A DNA stretch of 63,621 nt, filler included, from Choristocarpus tenellus KU-1152 (lineage: Eukaryota > Protista > Phaeophyceae): the NCBI GenBank assembly GCA_964200185.2. It is 11 parts of 11 records of this genome, joined end to end, with 100 filler letters (N's around TTAATTAATTAA, not from the genome) between each part and the next. Parts side by side here need not be neighbours in the genome. Positions count along the whole stretch, not along the records: positions 12,718 to 26,787 come from CAXNAD020001285.1; 10 more parts are not named here. One strand, given 5' to 3'. Made by a program: the position numbers and the translations under genes. Below are positions 13,116 through 25,962 of the stretch, one piece after another; the stretch's first letter is position 1, and every line of letters begins with the position of its first letter. A model generated the notes under the pieces. It was given only the letters and a program-made list of their open reading frames with translations, was not told the origin of the DNA and did not search any database.

Positions 13116-14455
13116 TAAGACAGATCACATCCTGGACCAACTATCTCCTCCGTAACGTTTAACAAGAAAATGTTGGACATACTCAACCTCACACTGCACC
13201 ATGAACAACAGAGTTTTTTATTCCTTACCAATAATCAGAATAATACTACCAAAAATCTCAATTGAGAAGGAACAATTCCTTGTGCACTGATCAACTGCTA
13301 AGGATCAGCACTATGTTCACTGCTACGCACAAAACAACATTTACCAACTGTTCTGGGTAGCAACAAACCACATAATCAGCCATAATCATGTCCATTGATA
13401 ACAAAACTACCGATCAACTCAGAATCCACTATTTATAGGATGACCCTCCTTGAAAACTGATGTGTGGGTAACTTTGTTGCATCTGCAGTAGGATGTATAA
13501 TGCATCCACCTGTTACATCAAAAGTCGATTCTAGTTGATTGCTTGCATCATTACTATTGTTACCATCTGATTGGAAATGTACCTTTTTGTATGCATTTAT
13601 ATGCTTGATGGATCTGCTTAGAGTCTAGTGAACATCCACTGCATGTATGGGTTGCGAACTTGCAGGACTTCAATAGGGTATCCATTGACACCACAACAAT
13701 TACATATTGCCTGTGGACATGGGCACATAGCAACCCCACAAAATGTAAAGGATCCCTTCTTCTGAGGTAGGTATGAAACTTAATAAAAGGATGACCAACC
13801 TACATAAAGACAGCCATGTAAGGCCATCAACCACAAAAGCATAATAGGAACCCACTCCAAGCAAAACACTCATGTTAGATTGTTGAATTGAGATGGAAAA
13901 AGTGGTTAAGGGCTCATAACAATGGACAAAAGACACAAAATAAGGAAAGCTGTACCTTCTTAACCACACTTTTTCTCATACGTACATTTTTTACTGTCTT
14001 AATCCACAAAGGACAATAGGTTCAACTAACTATAATTTGCCATCTCTGACCAAGCAACACCAGACCTTTTGGTAAGACTCAGCCTCTACCTTTGGCATAC
14101 TTCTCTTGCTGTTATTGTCTGAATGAAAAAACTCACAGAGCATCCCTTTATTTCTGTGAAAAAACTGTCCATTCTTTAAAGTGGCTCCTCTCTAGCTGAA
14201 ACATGCACTACATCGCTGTCCCATACTCATCATGCCTGCCTGACCTTCCCAACGACTCACTACAAGCTTCTCACTCTTCTGTCCAGAAATGCAGGAGGCA
14301 CCCACTGTGCACATATCTTCGGCTGAATTCCTAATGCTAAAGGGTGAGGCCATGTGGCACAACACTTTATTTATTCTTCCCTCTCCTGTATTTCAGTCCC
14401 AGCAACTACACAAAACCCCCACAATACTAAGCCCTTGCCCCATTAAACATTTTGC

Positions 14456-17400
14456 CTATGAAGCTGACTGCATGTATGTGCCTGAGTCAATCTGGTCCGG
14501 TAGCTCAGGAATGTTCACCTCAAAACGAGATTGAACCTCTTCCAACATCTTTGCATCCGTCTCATTGGAAACAAAGGATATTGCCAGCCCTTTTGTGCCA
14601 AATCTGGAAATGTAAGCAGAAGGGTAGCATCAGCAACAGATGAGAAAAAGAAAGGAATATGCTCCCGCCTCATCGAGACACAGGACAGTGTCTTGCCACC
14701 TTCTACTGTTAATGAACAAAATACTCTTTAAGCAAATACCTTGGAGAGAAGTGATATTATATTACCATGTTTAGATAAGTACAACCATAATGCACATTTC
14801 AATCAACATCTCTTGAACACTCTAAATCCACATCAAACTATAAAAAGATCCATTAAACTTACCTTCCAGCACGACCCACACGATGAAGGTACTGATCTGA
14901 CCCATCATCCCCATCAGGGAAGTCATAGTTCACCACAATGTTCACACGCTCGATGTCAATTCCCCGACCAAAGAGGTCTGTGGCGACCAAAATACGCTTC
15001 TGGAAGTCCTTGAATGCTTTGTAACGAGCCGTACTGGGACAATAGTACAAAACATGTAGAGGCAGGTATGCAGGAGGACATTTACTCAACATCAACAAAT
15101 CTAACAAAAGGTTGAAAATTAGTAAGCACAAATCCTAAAACAAGAAAATTGTTGCAATTAATTGAAATCAAAATATTGGAATCAACCCAAATATACATGC
15201 TCTAAGCAGCTGCTGCTGTTTAGGGCAGGGGCAACATCCTATATAATAGCAACAACCCAGCAGCAAGTCAACAAAGAGTTGAGAACATAAAAATCACACT
15301 TGATCTTCCTTCCAAAACCGTTGGAACACCAATCAAAAGGCTTCACATTCGAAATTTGGCACTGACCGCTCCTCTTGCTTGAGGCGTGAGTGAATGCAGA
15401 TAGAAGGGAAGTTGCACAGGTTGAGCAGTCGATCCAGCTCAGTTGCTCTATCCACCTTTGATGTAAAGATCACCACCTAGCATGCAGATATTAAATAATG
15501 AAATACCAATTATCAAAAAAATGAGCCAGGGGAAAGATACCTGAGCAAGGATGGTGATGCCTTGTTGAGTTTTATCACTTTTTAAAATGAAAAGCAAAAC
15601 AGACTTTGCTTTAAATAGGACTTGACTTCTCAACAATGTGACAAAAAACATAATTTTTCTAAACAGTTGGTGCACTGTGTGCAAGTATGTGCCTAGTACT
15701 TATCGACAATTTTTGTGGGACAATACCAACCTTGAAAATACCATCAAATTGGTATCCTACAGGAAATATAAAAATCAAGGACAGGTGAAACATCAAGTCA
15801 ACACAGTTTTTTCCACGATAAAAACTCCAGCAACCTACCAAATATGTCAGTATTCCGAATCAGGACAAATAAAACAAAATTCAAACTGTTGAAAAGGACC
15901 ACATATTTGTACCTAATAAATTTAATTCATTTTTTTTAGCATGCATGACTTCTGTGTACACTGTCTCATTCAACTACACCCAAGTTTGAAAAATGATCAA
16001 GTACACTCTATAGCAAGTGCTACAATTTTCAATAAAAACAAACCACATACGTACTAGACAAGAAGACACACACACACACCTGGTTAAACTCCAGAGCATC
16101 CAGGAGGTCATTGAGCTTGCGATTTTTCTCTGTCTCTGCAAGCTTGATGTAAAACTGCTGCAGCCCATGTAGTGTAAGTTTTGTCTCGTCATCAACGTAG
16201 ATCTCCATCGGCTGATGCAGTTGATCCAGTCCCAGAAGTGTGAGTGCAGCACATTTATAGCGGGACAAAACAGGGGTGAAAGAAAAAAACAAAATACACA
16301 AAAGAGTGTTGAAGCATTTAGAACACGTCGTTGTAGATCCACGGAAGCATCACAAAAAAGAAACAGAAAGGGGAGGCATATAGCATGGTCAAATATATGG
16401 AAATGGAGATAGAAAGTTTGGTGACAGGAGGGGAAGGGGTATGTGTGGTTCCCAGATAGCTCCTCCCCATCCCTCGTCCCATTTCCATCATCACTTTCCA
16501 GACAAAACTTCCTCCCAGAAAAGAGACTTTTCCCCACTATTCCTAGCACTTTTAGAGCTTTGCACCCCCCTGTCTGTCCTTATATGGACACAGTAGACTC
16601 AACATATTATATCACCCCATTTTATCATCAAGTGCACTCTGATTGAGGCCCAAATTGTCATTATGCAGGCATTGCGCAAGCAACAGGTTCTAAAAAGTCA
16701 TCTAGGTCAGCATAAAAGGTGTACAGGGTGGGAAAGAGAGGGATGCCCTTTGACATACCATTCTTCCTTGATAGGAGTAGGCAGAGGCTGTTCACTAAGT
16801 AAAACACGCACATACCAAACAGGTGGCGATAATTTTCCCCCAGAGTTGTCTGCCATACATAGTTCTACCTCTCCCTATACAAGGGATAAATGATAAAGTC
16901 TGCAACAGTAAAGTGTGCTGAGTTGCTCACCTGCCCACCACACAGCCTTGGAACCTCTCTCAAGTATCACCAGTGGTTGATAGAGCAATAGCAACAAAGA
17001 CTCTTAGAAAACAACCTACTACATCTACCTTAATGAACAAACACCAAGGCGCAAGTCCGATTTTCTGGGTATCTCCAACAGTCGACCATGATCAGAAAAT
17101 TACTTATCATGTGGTACTTGACGGCTTTTGAAAATATATCCCTTCAAGTGATTGCACAAGTTCTACCACAAGCTCTTATGGCATGACTCAACCACTCATG
17201 CAAAGCAGCAAGTTGAGGAAAGCAAAGGTAACAAGAGGACAAGCAACTTGAGCCTTCCTCCCCAAACTCCTGGTCCAAGGACACCTCTTCGTGTCAAACC
17301 CTTGGGTCATGCCATAGGCAAGGGTCACCCAGATATCGAACCTTCACTAAGGTGCACTTTGAAGGAGAATCTGGACATGACCTAGGACATCCTCTGACCT

Positions 17401-20042
17401 CCCAGAGGCACCTCCACACACCAACCCTTCCTCGCCTCTTGCTATCCTTGACCACAAACAAGGAGCTGAAAAGGTTGTGTGGGATGTGCATGTTATTTTA
17501 AGGCTTTTGCAGGACACACTCCTGATGCTCCACTGACTAGGATCCCAGTCCTTTCCCCCTCCCCCCCACATTACGGTCTCACTTTTTACACTCTTGCTCT
17601 CATTTTAAAAGAAAGGAGAGGGTCTTTTGGAGACCCCTACCCACCCCCCACCCTGTTCCACCCCGTGATCCCGGTGATCCCATCCGCCCCTTTTCCAAGC
17701 CGCTGGCAGTGGCACAACTGAAGAAAACATCCCCCTGCCCCTGCCCCCCTGTGGAGGCATGATGTGTATTTGCGGACCTTCTCGTGGCAGAACTTCCGGC
17801 AGACAGGCCTAATCTCCGCGCTGAGGGTGGCTGAGAACATCATGACCTGCTTGGTGTGTGGTGTCTTGAAGAAGATTTCCTGTACATGAGCGCGCATATC
17901 TGACCGCACCATTGGGGTAGTATTTAGAGTATATGGTGGAACAAAGCAACAAAAAGGTAGGCAATTAGAGACAAAATTGTATGATTCATCAACACCACTC
18001 TCAGGTCTAGGCCACTAAAACTCAAACTCTGATAGTGCAGCAGATTGCATGTAGCATATTGAGTGTGGAGATGTGAATTTCAAAATCTATGCACCAAATC
18101 CTCCCTTGCTATTCTGCAAAATAAATAAATCTCATAACCAGCAAAGATTAGAGGTCTTTAAACACAACAAACAATTTACTCAACAAAAACAGCAACAGCA
18201 AGAAATGAAGGATCAAAAAAAGCATCTAGCTCTTGATAAAGGAGGTATATCTTTGTAGAGCTAATCCAGCGGAAGCTCACCCAAGAAATGTCGCAGCTTA
18301 GTGCTACGTATCAACAAAACAAAGGATATCACTCATGGAGGAATAAGAATAAATATGGTAGAAGAGAATCTGTAGAAAACACCTTCAGATTTAAAAATTC
18401 TTTTGGTAGTAAATTTCTATCTAGGAATGAAGATAACATGAAAAACGAAATGACTATATTACACCTTCGATTTTACTATACACAGTATGGTAGTGAGAAA
18501 CAATTGTCGTTTCTAACTCTCAACTCATTATTGACATGCCTATCAATTTTACCCAAACTTAACTAGGAAAGTAATTGCTGAAGCTAAAACTCACCCTTCT
18601 GGTCCAGCATGCGGTCACACTCATCCAGGACAAAGTATTGCAACTTGTCCACCTTCAAATCCCCCTCCCTAACGAGCTGCATTACCCGACCAGGGCAGCC
18701 CACTACAATATGTGGTGTGTCATTCTTGAGCATCTCTCGTTGCTTCGGGAGAGACATACCACCATATATAACTGCAACCTTGACCTCAGGGAGGTGCTTG
18801 CAGAAACGCTCATATTCACGGGCAATTTGCCATGCCAGTTCACGAGTGTGACACAGAACAACACAGCTCACCTGTGATAGGGAGCTAATAAAATGAGTGA
18901 GGGTATAATTTCACTCGCATCAAGATATGGGCTGAGATACTTGCACATTTCATTGTTCCAAAGAGGAGCAATGAATAACACAATGCTGAAGTTTCTGGTT
19001 AGAGAAAAAAAGCAGCAGGGGCAAACAGACACAAAGCAGTGTGAAAAAACATAAACATGCATCACACACCAGTACCATTCTTGCTACCTCCAGAAGGGGG
19101 AGGTAAAGCTCAAGATCAACTTGCCATGGCACACCATAAACACGATTTGAGCCTGCAGTAGGCCCATATCAGCAGATTCAAGAATTCAACCTCAAAGCCT
19201 CACACAGTAATTACTTTATTGCCCAAAATACAGAAAAATCTATTTGAAAAAAAGATACATCCCAGATGTTCCGTACAACTTACGCATTTGTCTTTCAATA
19301 ATTTAGTGAATATGTTTGTTCTTTGACACGCAAAATTACACCCGATATGCGCAACTTATCTCAACTTTGAGGGTGTGAATTTCATGTACAACTTCCAATC
19401 CACTCCGGTAACACTCACTTAACTCTAACTATTCCACTAGAAGAGTTTTTAGATAAGTATATCGTAAAACAATTTTTTTATATCACACTCAAGAGAAGCG
19501 TAAATTTGATCCAACCATGGGGATGAGGGATGGCTCCCTCACCTCTCCGGGCTGGGGGTTGAGCTGGTGAAGTGTGGCCAGCACAAACACTGCTGTCTTA
19601 CCCATACCAGACTTGGCCTGGCAGATTATATCCACCCCGAGAATGGCCTGTGCGGAAAGTTTGATTGGTGTCGCGTGCGTTGTGGGGGAGAAAATAAGAG
19701 ACGAGGGATCGGGAAGGGTAAGTGGCTATGATTCCACAAGAAGAAATTTCACGATACCCTACCTAACCGCCCGCATTTTTCTCAAAGATTTTTTAATATC
19801 TTTACCTGAGGGATGCACTCGTGTTGAACCTCAGATGGGTGCTCGAACCCACAGTCCACGACTGCACGGAGGAGCTCTGGCTTCAGGAGGAAATCCCTGA
19901 ACCCCGATGCATGGATACCGACATAGTGTCCCTTCTTCACGTCTTTCCCTTCCTCTCCATTTGCCTTGGAATCAATCAAGGTTTCTTCATCCTCCTCGTA
20001 ATCGAGAAGTTCGTCCTCGGTCTTGTTCTCATCGGTCGCCAT
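14456..20042 (-). CDS. UAP56: UAP56/SUB2 (DDX39B) DECD-box RNA helicase, complete, 8 exons, 433 aa
   Basis: Exons 20042-19806, 19647-19543, 18871-18595, 17899-17778, 16211-16080, 15476-15367, 15033-14863, 14603-14456 (1302 nt). All introns are GT-AG and phase-consistent. Motifs: [72 protein letters not shown]. Ends YMQSAS*. Confidence 0.97.
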
Positions 20043-23000
20043 TATAATGAATTTGGTATACAGATAAACTACGGAATCTGTGAAAGGTGGGAACGCGGGA
20101 AAATGTGGGGAAGAGGATAGAGAGCGATGTCGTGTCTAAGAAATATTCCCGACACCAATCAATGGATAAGGACTTATTAAAATCACTCAATCATCGTGCA
20201 CAGTGATAGTCGACGAAGACTTGATTTGGGTCGGTGTCAGTGAACTTCGAGAATATCGCCCCTCATGACAAATGGTGTTCACATCGCGACTACTGAAGCC
20301 CAGTTCATTGGAACAAAGAAATGAATCTAACTCCCTAATTATACACATCCAAATATGTGCATCAAGATGCCTACTTGGAGACCGGAATAGACCAGGAGTC
20401 TCACTCCTTTCATTCCCTCACACCCGCCAATCTAGAAACACCAAAGAGTTGGGAAATCCTTTTTCAATATAATAACGAAAATATAAGGTAGATTAGCACC
20501 ATGTACGTCTTCATGCACTTCCCGTCCCACCTGTCTCTGTTCTTGATTTCTTTTGGGGTAACCTAACAACACAATCAGGTTCAGTTTTTCAGTGTTTGAT
20601 TTGACCCATTTCTGTCATAACCTCTGGAGGTCATGGGCCGAAAAAATAATATTATTCTGCGCGAAGGGCGCGACAAGCCCCTCTCAACGCCATGTTATAA
20701 AAAATATAAAAGTGTTATTATCGTACGAAGGTTAAGTAGTATGTATATATAAGAGAAAACAAATACACATCCTATAATCTCTTATTGTAAATAAGAGCCC
20801 GTTTCTCTTAAACCAACGGATCGTGATAAGAGAAACCTACCTATATACCAAGTAGTGAAAAAATACAAGTTGACTCGATATAAGACAGAATTGGGAGGAA
20901 AACGCCAAAACCTCTCTTAGAGTGTGAAAAGTCGTGACAAGGCAATTTACCCTCTCTTATATCCCGTTTTCTCTTATATTACCTCTCTTATATAGGTGGA
21001 GGGTTTATACTAATAGTACCTCCAAAAAGTGATAAAGTACAATCGTTACTAATATATCTTGTAACAGTGAACCAGACAACCTTCATATAAAGCATATTTT
21101 ATCCTGAGTATTGGTGAGGGTGATGCCAGGATTGTTGACCTATATATATATATATATACTTCGATTCAGCTTTTAACAGTCGATTTCAAAAATTTAGGAT
21201 GGAGCTTTTTTTTGAGGATGGGCTTGACCCAAAAATGACTGGGATAAATTGTCGATATGATTTTTTTTGCCGGCTGTTTTTTCCTGTAGATCAACCACCC
21301 AATCTTCGTTGATTCTTCTTGATCCTTCTCTGCTAGGTTGCTGGATCTGTTGATCCAACTCAAGGGTCATACTTGACATGGATGTTTGAAAATGCCAGTA
21401 TGTTACGAAGATTTCAAGGATATTACCTCAAACCCTACTAGTGTTCATCCTGGGAACACCCTTTCGTCTGTATTGTCTTAATAACCCAATCTCGCTCAGG
21501 GCAATGAAGGGTTGTCAGACTTGATGTGGATGAGAAAATGCCAAGGATGATTAACTTACACCTCACTAGTGTTACTTGCGGCATCACCATATTGTCTGTT
21601 TCATCTGACTTGGTAATCTTGCCCAGGGCAATGAAGTGTTGCCCATAGCTCAAGGTCTGATCTGTGTACAGATCATTTGGATACCACAGGAAACCGTGCA
21701 CCATTTTCCTCTTATTCACGCCATCACATCTTTGTGCAAGTGGTACCATGTGATGATTGGGAGTAACATTTCCCTACCTCACAAGACCTTTCGCTCTCCC
21801 TGTCAGATTTTTCTGATTCCCTTTAAAAGTGAAAGGAAACCATCGACCCTCCCCTAGCAAAAGTCTGATTTACCCTTGACCCCATAGGCTTCAGCACCGA
21901 TTCCCGATAGAAAGGTCGGACAGTGAGAGTGGACCATGTAAGTGGAATCCCGGGGGCGAGGACAGGATGACCCCCATGACTCTTTTGCTGGTTGGGACAT
22001 TGAGGAAAAGGATACGGGGGAGGAAGACGTTGGGAAGGATAGGTGGTATATATGTGGGTGTGAGGCAGTGATGCCTGCCTCCCAATCTCTGGGGAAGAAC
22101 TCCTAGATTTCCTGTTGTGCTGTTGTTCAGTTTTGAACACCTTCTTCAGAGGGAGGGATACAAGAAGAGGCTGAGTGACATGAAGCACGTCACCAAAATT
22201 GTCTCTTCACGGATCACACTTCCAAACCATTCGACGTCATCCACAAGAACACGTCACACTTGTTCAACCCTTGGTTGTTCATTTATTAACTTGATGTTAC
22301 CGAGCGTACATCAGCAATTATTACTCAAGTTCTAAGAGGTATGGCATCTTGCATTTGTGAACCACAAGAGACATGAGAGTGCGAAGAGGTTTAGTATGAT
22401 GGGTCAGCAAAGTGGTTTCGCCTGGCCCTTCAGAGGCACCCTGAGGCAAAGTGGGCAGAGATATATCAGTCGATCGAAGGAGAAGGTGGCTATGAAGAAG
22501 AAGAGGATAGAAGATATGAATGGTAACGACAATTACGGAATGAATGTTTCAATACCACAGTCCAACTTGCCACATTTGCCCTCCTCAAGGAAGATTCACC
22601 TCCTCCTGAGAGTTTGATGGATGTCTGGAGGGGATAATGTACCTAGGACAGGAAGGGCTTGCCACGGCATGCTTACTATGCAGAGCTGTTCTATTGCACA
22701 GACAGACATATAATTTGCTCCGCATTCCATTCCTTGAGCAGTCATTTCTTCGTTGGAAAAGACTGTCTATTCCCGACAATCGGAGACAGGTGATGATGAC
22801 AAACCAAGCCATGAAGCCTTACCAAAAAATGTGTCCCAATAGTACTGTACCTATTTCCAATTTATTACCCCATATAAAACTGCGAGTTAGGGTCCTACAG
22901 GAGTGTTTGGTTGACTTGCATGTGGGGCAGAAGACTCGAGGAATGTACAGTGGTAACAACCGTTGAACTCATGATCCCTGTTTTATCCAAAATCACAATG

Positions 23001-24001
23001 CCGGCCCTTGTTGAGTTCCAGTCTGTTAATACTATCCTCAATCCGTACACATACACAATACTCCTATTGTTACTACTCTTAGTTCAACTATGTTTCCAAG
23101 ACAAATAAGGGCCGATCCAACTCTTTCCAAGAGTCTGACTCAGGTACTACTACCGAGGATTAAAAAAAACCCTACAAGCTCTATATTGACCTGTAGATGA
23201 ATTATGTTTTTTGATCTATTTATATCACATTAGTACAAGAATTGCGATTTTAACATCTCATAGAAACGTGGAACTTACCATGTCCGTGTTAACATGGGGG
23301 TGTGCCTTCTTTTTTTTTCTAGTTGGTAAAGAAGACCTGAGTACGACTGCCACCCCTGGTGGTTTTGATTCCTTGCTGTCCAAGTTGCTACGCCTGCTCA
23401 CAAGTTCCCCCTCCGTCCAATAGTATGTGCTCCCTCACTTACGCAGTTTTTTGACAGGCATCATCGTACCGCTTCGCATCAACTACATTCCACTCTTCGT
23501 CGTTGTCTTTCCTCACTGAATTCCTACAATTTTTTCAACGTTTCAGTTATGATCAATTTGTTTGAGTAGCACTTACTTCTTGTATAGTGAATAGTACTAT
23601 TCTATACACGCGATCATACCTCAGAAGTGATCATAACTCGTAATCGTGCGTTTCAAAACTCCTCAAGGTATTCTGTTGGATATGAACGACCATATGCCCT
23701 CTTTGACTAGATTATGAAAATAGCATGAAACGTATGCTTCCAACATATTACAGTTGTGGTGGTTACATTCTCGGGGGATTTGTGATGTTGAGCTCTGAAT
23801 AAAACAGATGTGGCTGCTGCGAGCCCGACGAGACAATCACACATGCAGCAACCCTTGCCTTGATAAAGGACACGAGGAAGTCGAAAAGAAGAAAGAACCC
23901 ACAACTTGGAGCGTGTAGAGGTCGATTTTCTTCTCCCTCGGATACTAGATCCCTTCTGCTAGCTGCTGCCTTTCCAAGGTTCCCACAAGGCTACAGATAA
24001 G

Positions 24002-25962
24002 ATGGGTGCCGGTGCGTCCACCGAACTTACCAAGGACCAGCTCAAGGAAAAGTACGACGATGTCAAGCACCGCTTGTACCCCGACCAACAAAAAGATGTC
24101 GAGGCTAAATTTGAGTCTACCGAGAACGTGGGGGAAATATTGGAGTGCGTTAATGACCACCTGAACAATCCTGAAGTGCCAAGTATGGACTACGACGAGC
24201 CCCCTGCGTTCACCGACAAGCACAAGTCCTTGATGGCTAAACACATCACTGCTGAATTGTTCAAGGAACTCAAGGAGGCGGGGCCTACAGCCAAGGGTTA
24301 CACTGTTTCGCGGGCCATCCAAACCGGCGTTATGACCCCGCATCTGGGGGTTGGAGTTACAGCTGGCGACGAGGAGTCCTGGGAGAAGTACAAGGCGCTT
24401 TACTACCCCATCATCAAGGGCTGGCATGGATTCGACCCCGAAACCCAGGACCACAAGTCTGACCTAAGTTTCGAGAAGCTCACGATGTCGGAAGAGCAGG
24501 TTTGAGTCGTGTCTTCGTAGCACTCACTCCGAGGAGTCACTTTGGCCCCCCAAACACTCTCTTACTCTAGCTACCCCAACTCTCTCATTTTTGTCATTTA
24601 AACACATGAAAATGAATGTGATATGTCCACCTCTGATACAATACTGTGTACTACGTTCTGGACGCTCTTGCTAGACAGAAGTTGAGACAGCCATCCACTC
24701 CCCCTCTTTCCCCTCCCTCATCCAAGGTGACCATGTTCAACGAATTTGTGGTATCCACGCGCATCCGAGCAGCTCGTAACGTTTCAGGTTACGCTCTTCC
24801 AGCGGGCACCGACGATGCGGACCGAAAGGCTGTGCGCGAGACCCTGTGCAGGGCGTTTGACAAATTTGAGGGTGGGTTGTCAGGCAAATTCTATGACCTT
24901 GGCAACCTCTCAGACGAGGACAAGAAAATGTTGCTTGAGAAGGGCTTCCTCTTTCAGATTCCCAAGACGACCAACCTCCTGTGGCACGCGGGAGCTGCGA
25001 AGAGTTGGCCTACAGTGAGTAGAGACGGGAGGATGGCGTAACTTACGCACATATGTCTTAGCCCCGCCCCTACTTCCCCAAATAACTATGGATTACACTT
25101 AATACCTGATGATATTATTTACACAGTTTTCACCATAAAATGTTCTCTCTCTACCCTTGTTGGTAAGCACCCTTTGCATATCGATGGCTTCTTCTAAAGA
25201 GTACATGCGATGTAATGGCTTATACAGTAGATGCCCTTTCCAAGCAAGAACAACTTATTCATTCAGCTGCTTGCCAATCACAGGACCGCGGCATCTTCCA
25301 CAACGAGGACCGTACTGTACTGTGCTGGGTCAATGAGGAAGATCACTGCCGGATTATCTCGATGGAGGATGGTGGCGACGTGAAGTCGGTGTTCACACGC
25401 TTCTGTAGTATTTCCGAGGCACTCAAGAAATCGGCGGAAGAAGATGGAACCAAGCTCATGTGAGGAATGCCCTCGACACCGTTGCATCAACAGGGAGAAA
25501 ACGTTAACTTCTCTACCATAACGATCCTCATCCCACTTGAGTTTTCTTCTAGAATTGAGTTCGTTCTGAGCTTCTGTGTTCTTCCCCTCATTGCCAAATA
25601 AAAACAGGTACTCAGACAAGCTCGGCTTCTTGGGCACCTGTCCTTCTAATCTGGGCACTGGGCTGAGGGCAAGTGTGATGATCAAGCTTGCCAAGTTCAA
25701 CGAGACAGAAGAGGCTCGAGAGATCCTTGAGGCTGTTTGTAGTAAGTTTGATCTTCAGCCCCGTGGTTCGGCAGGCGAGCACTCAGCCGCAGTGGAGGAC
25801 AAGTTCGATGTCTCCAACAAGCAGCGTATTGGCTTCACCGAGGTAGAACTTGTACAGAAGATGATAGACGGAGTCACCAAGGTCATCAACTTCGAAAAGG
25901 CCATGGCTGCGGGGGAAAAGGACATTGCAGCAGTCAAGGCTGAGATTGAGGCAGAGGGCTGA
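24002..25962 (+). CDS. ATP:guanidino phosphotransferase (phosphagen kinase) with N-terminal extension, complete, 4 exons, 438 aa
   Basis: Exons 24002-24499, 24727-25014, 25284-25459, 25608-25962 (1317 nt), GT-AG and phase-consistent. Motifs: [75 protein letters not shown]-terminus is MGAGAS. Confidence 0.95.

Noticed and set aside
15034-19805. Intronic C/D snoRNAs in UAP56 (the vertebrate orthologue hosts some)
   Set aside because: TGATGA boxes near 16627 and 17988 have no suitably placed CTGA or terminal stem that I could see.
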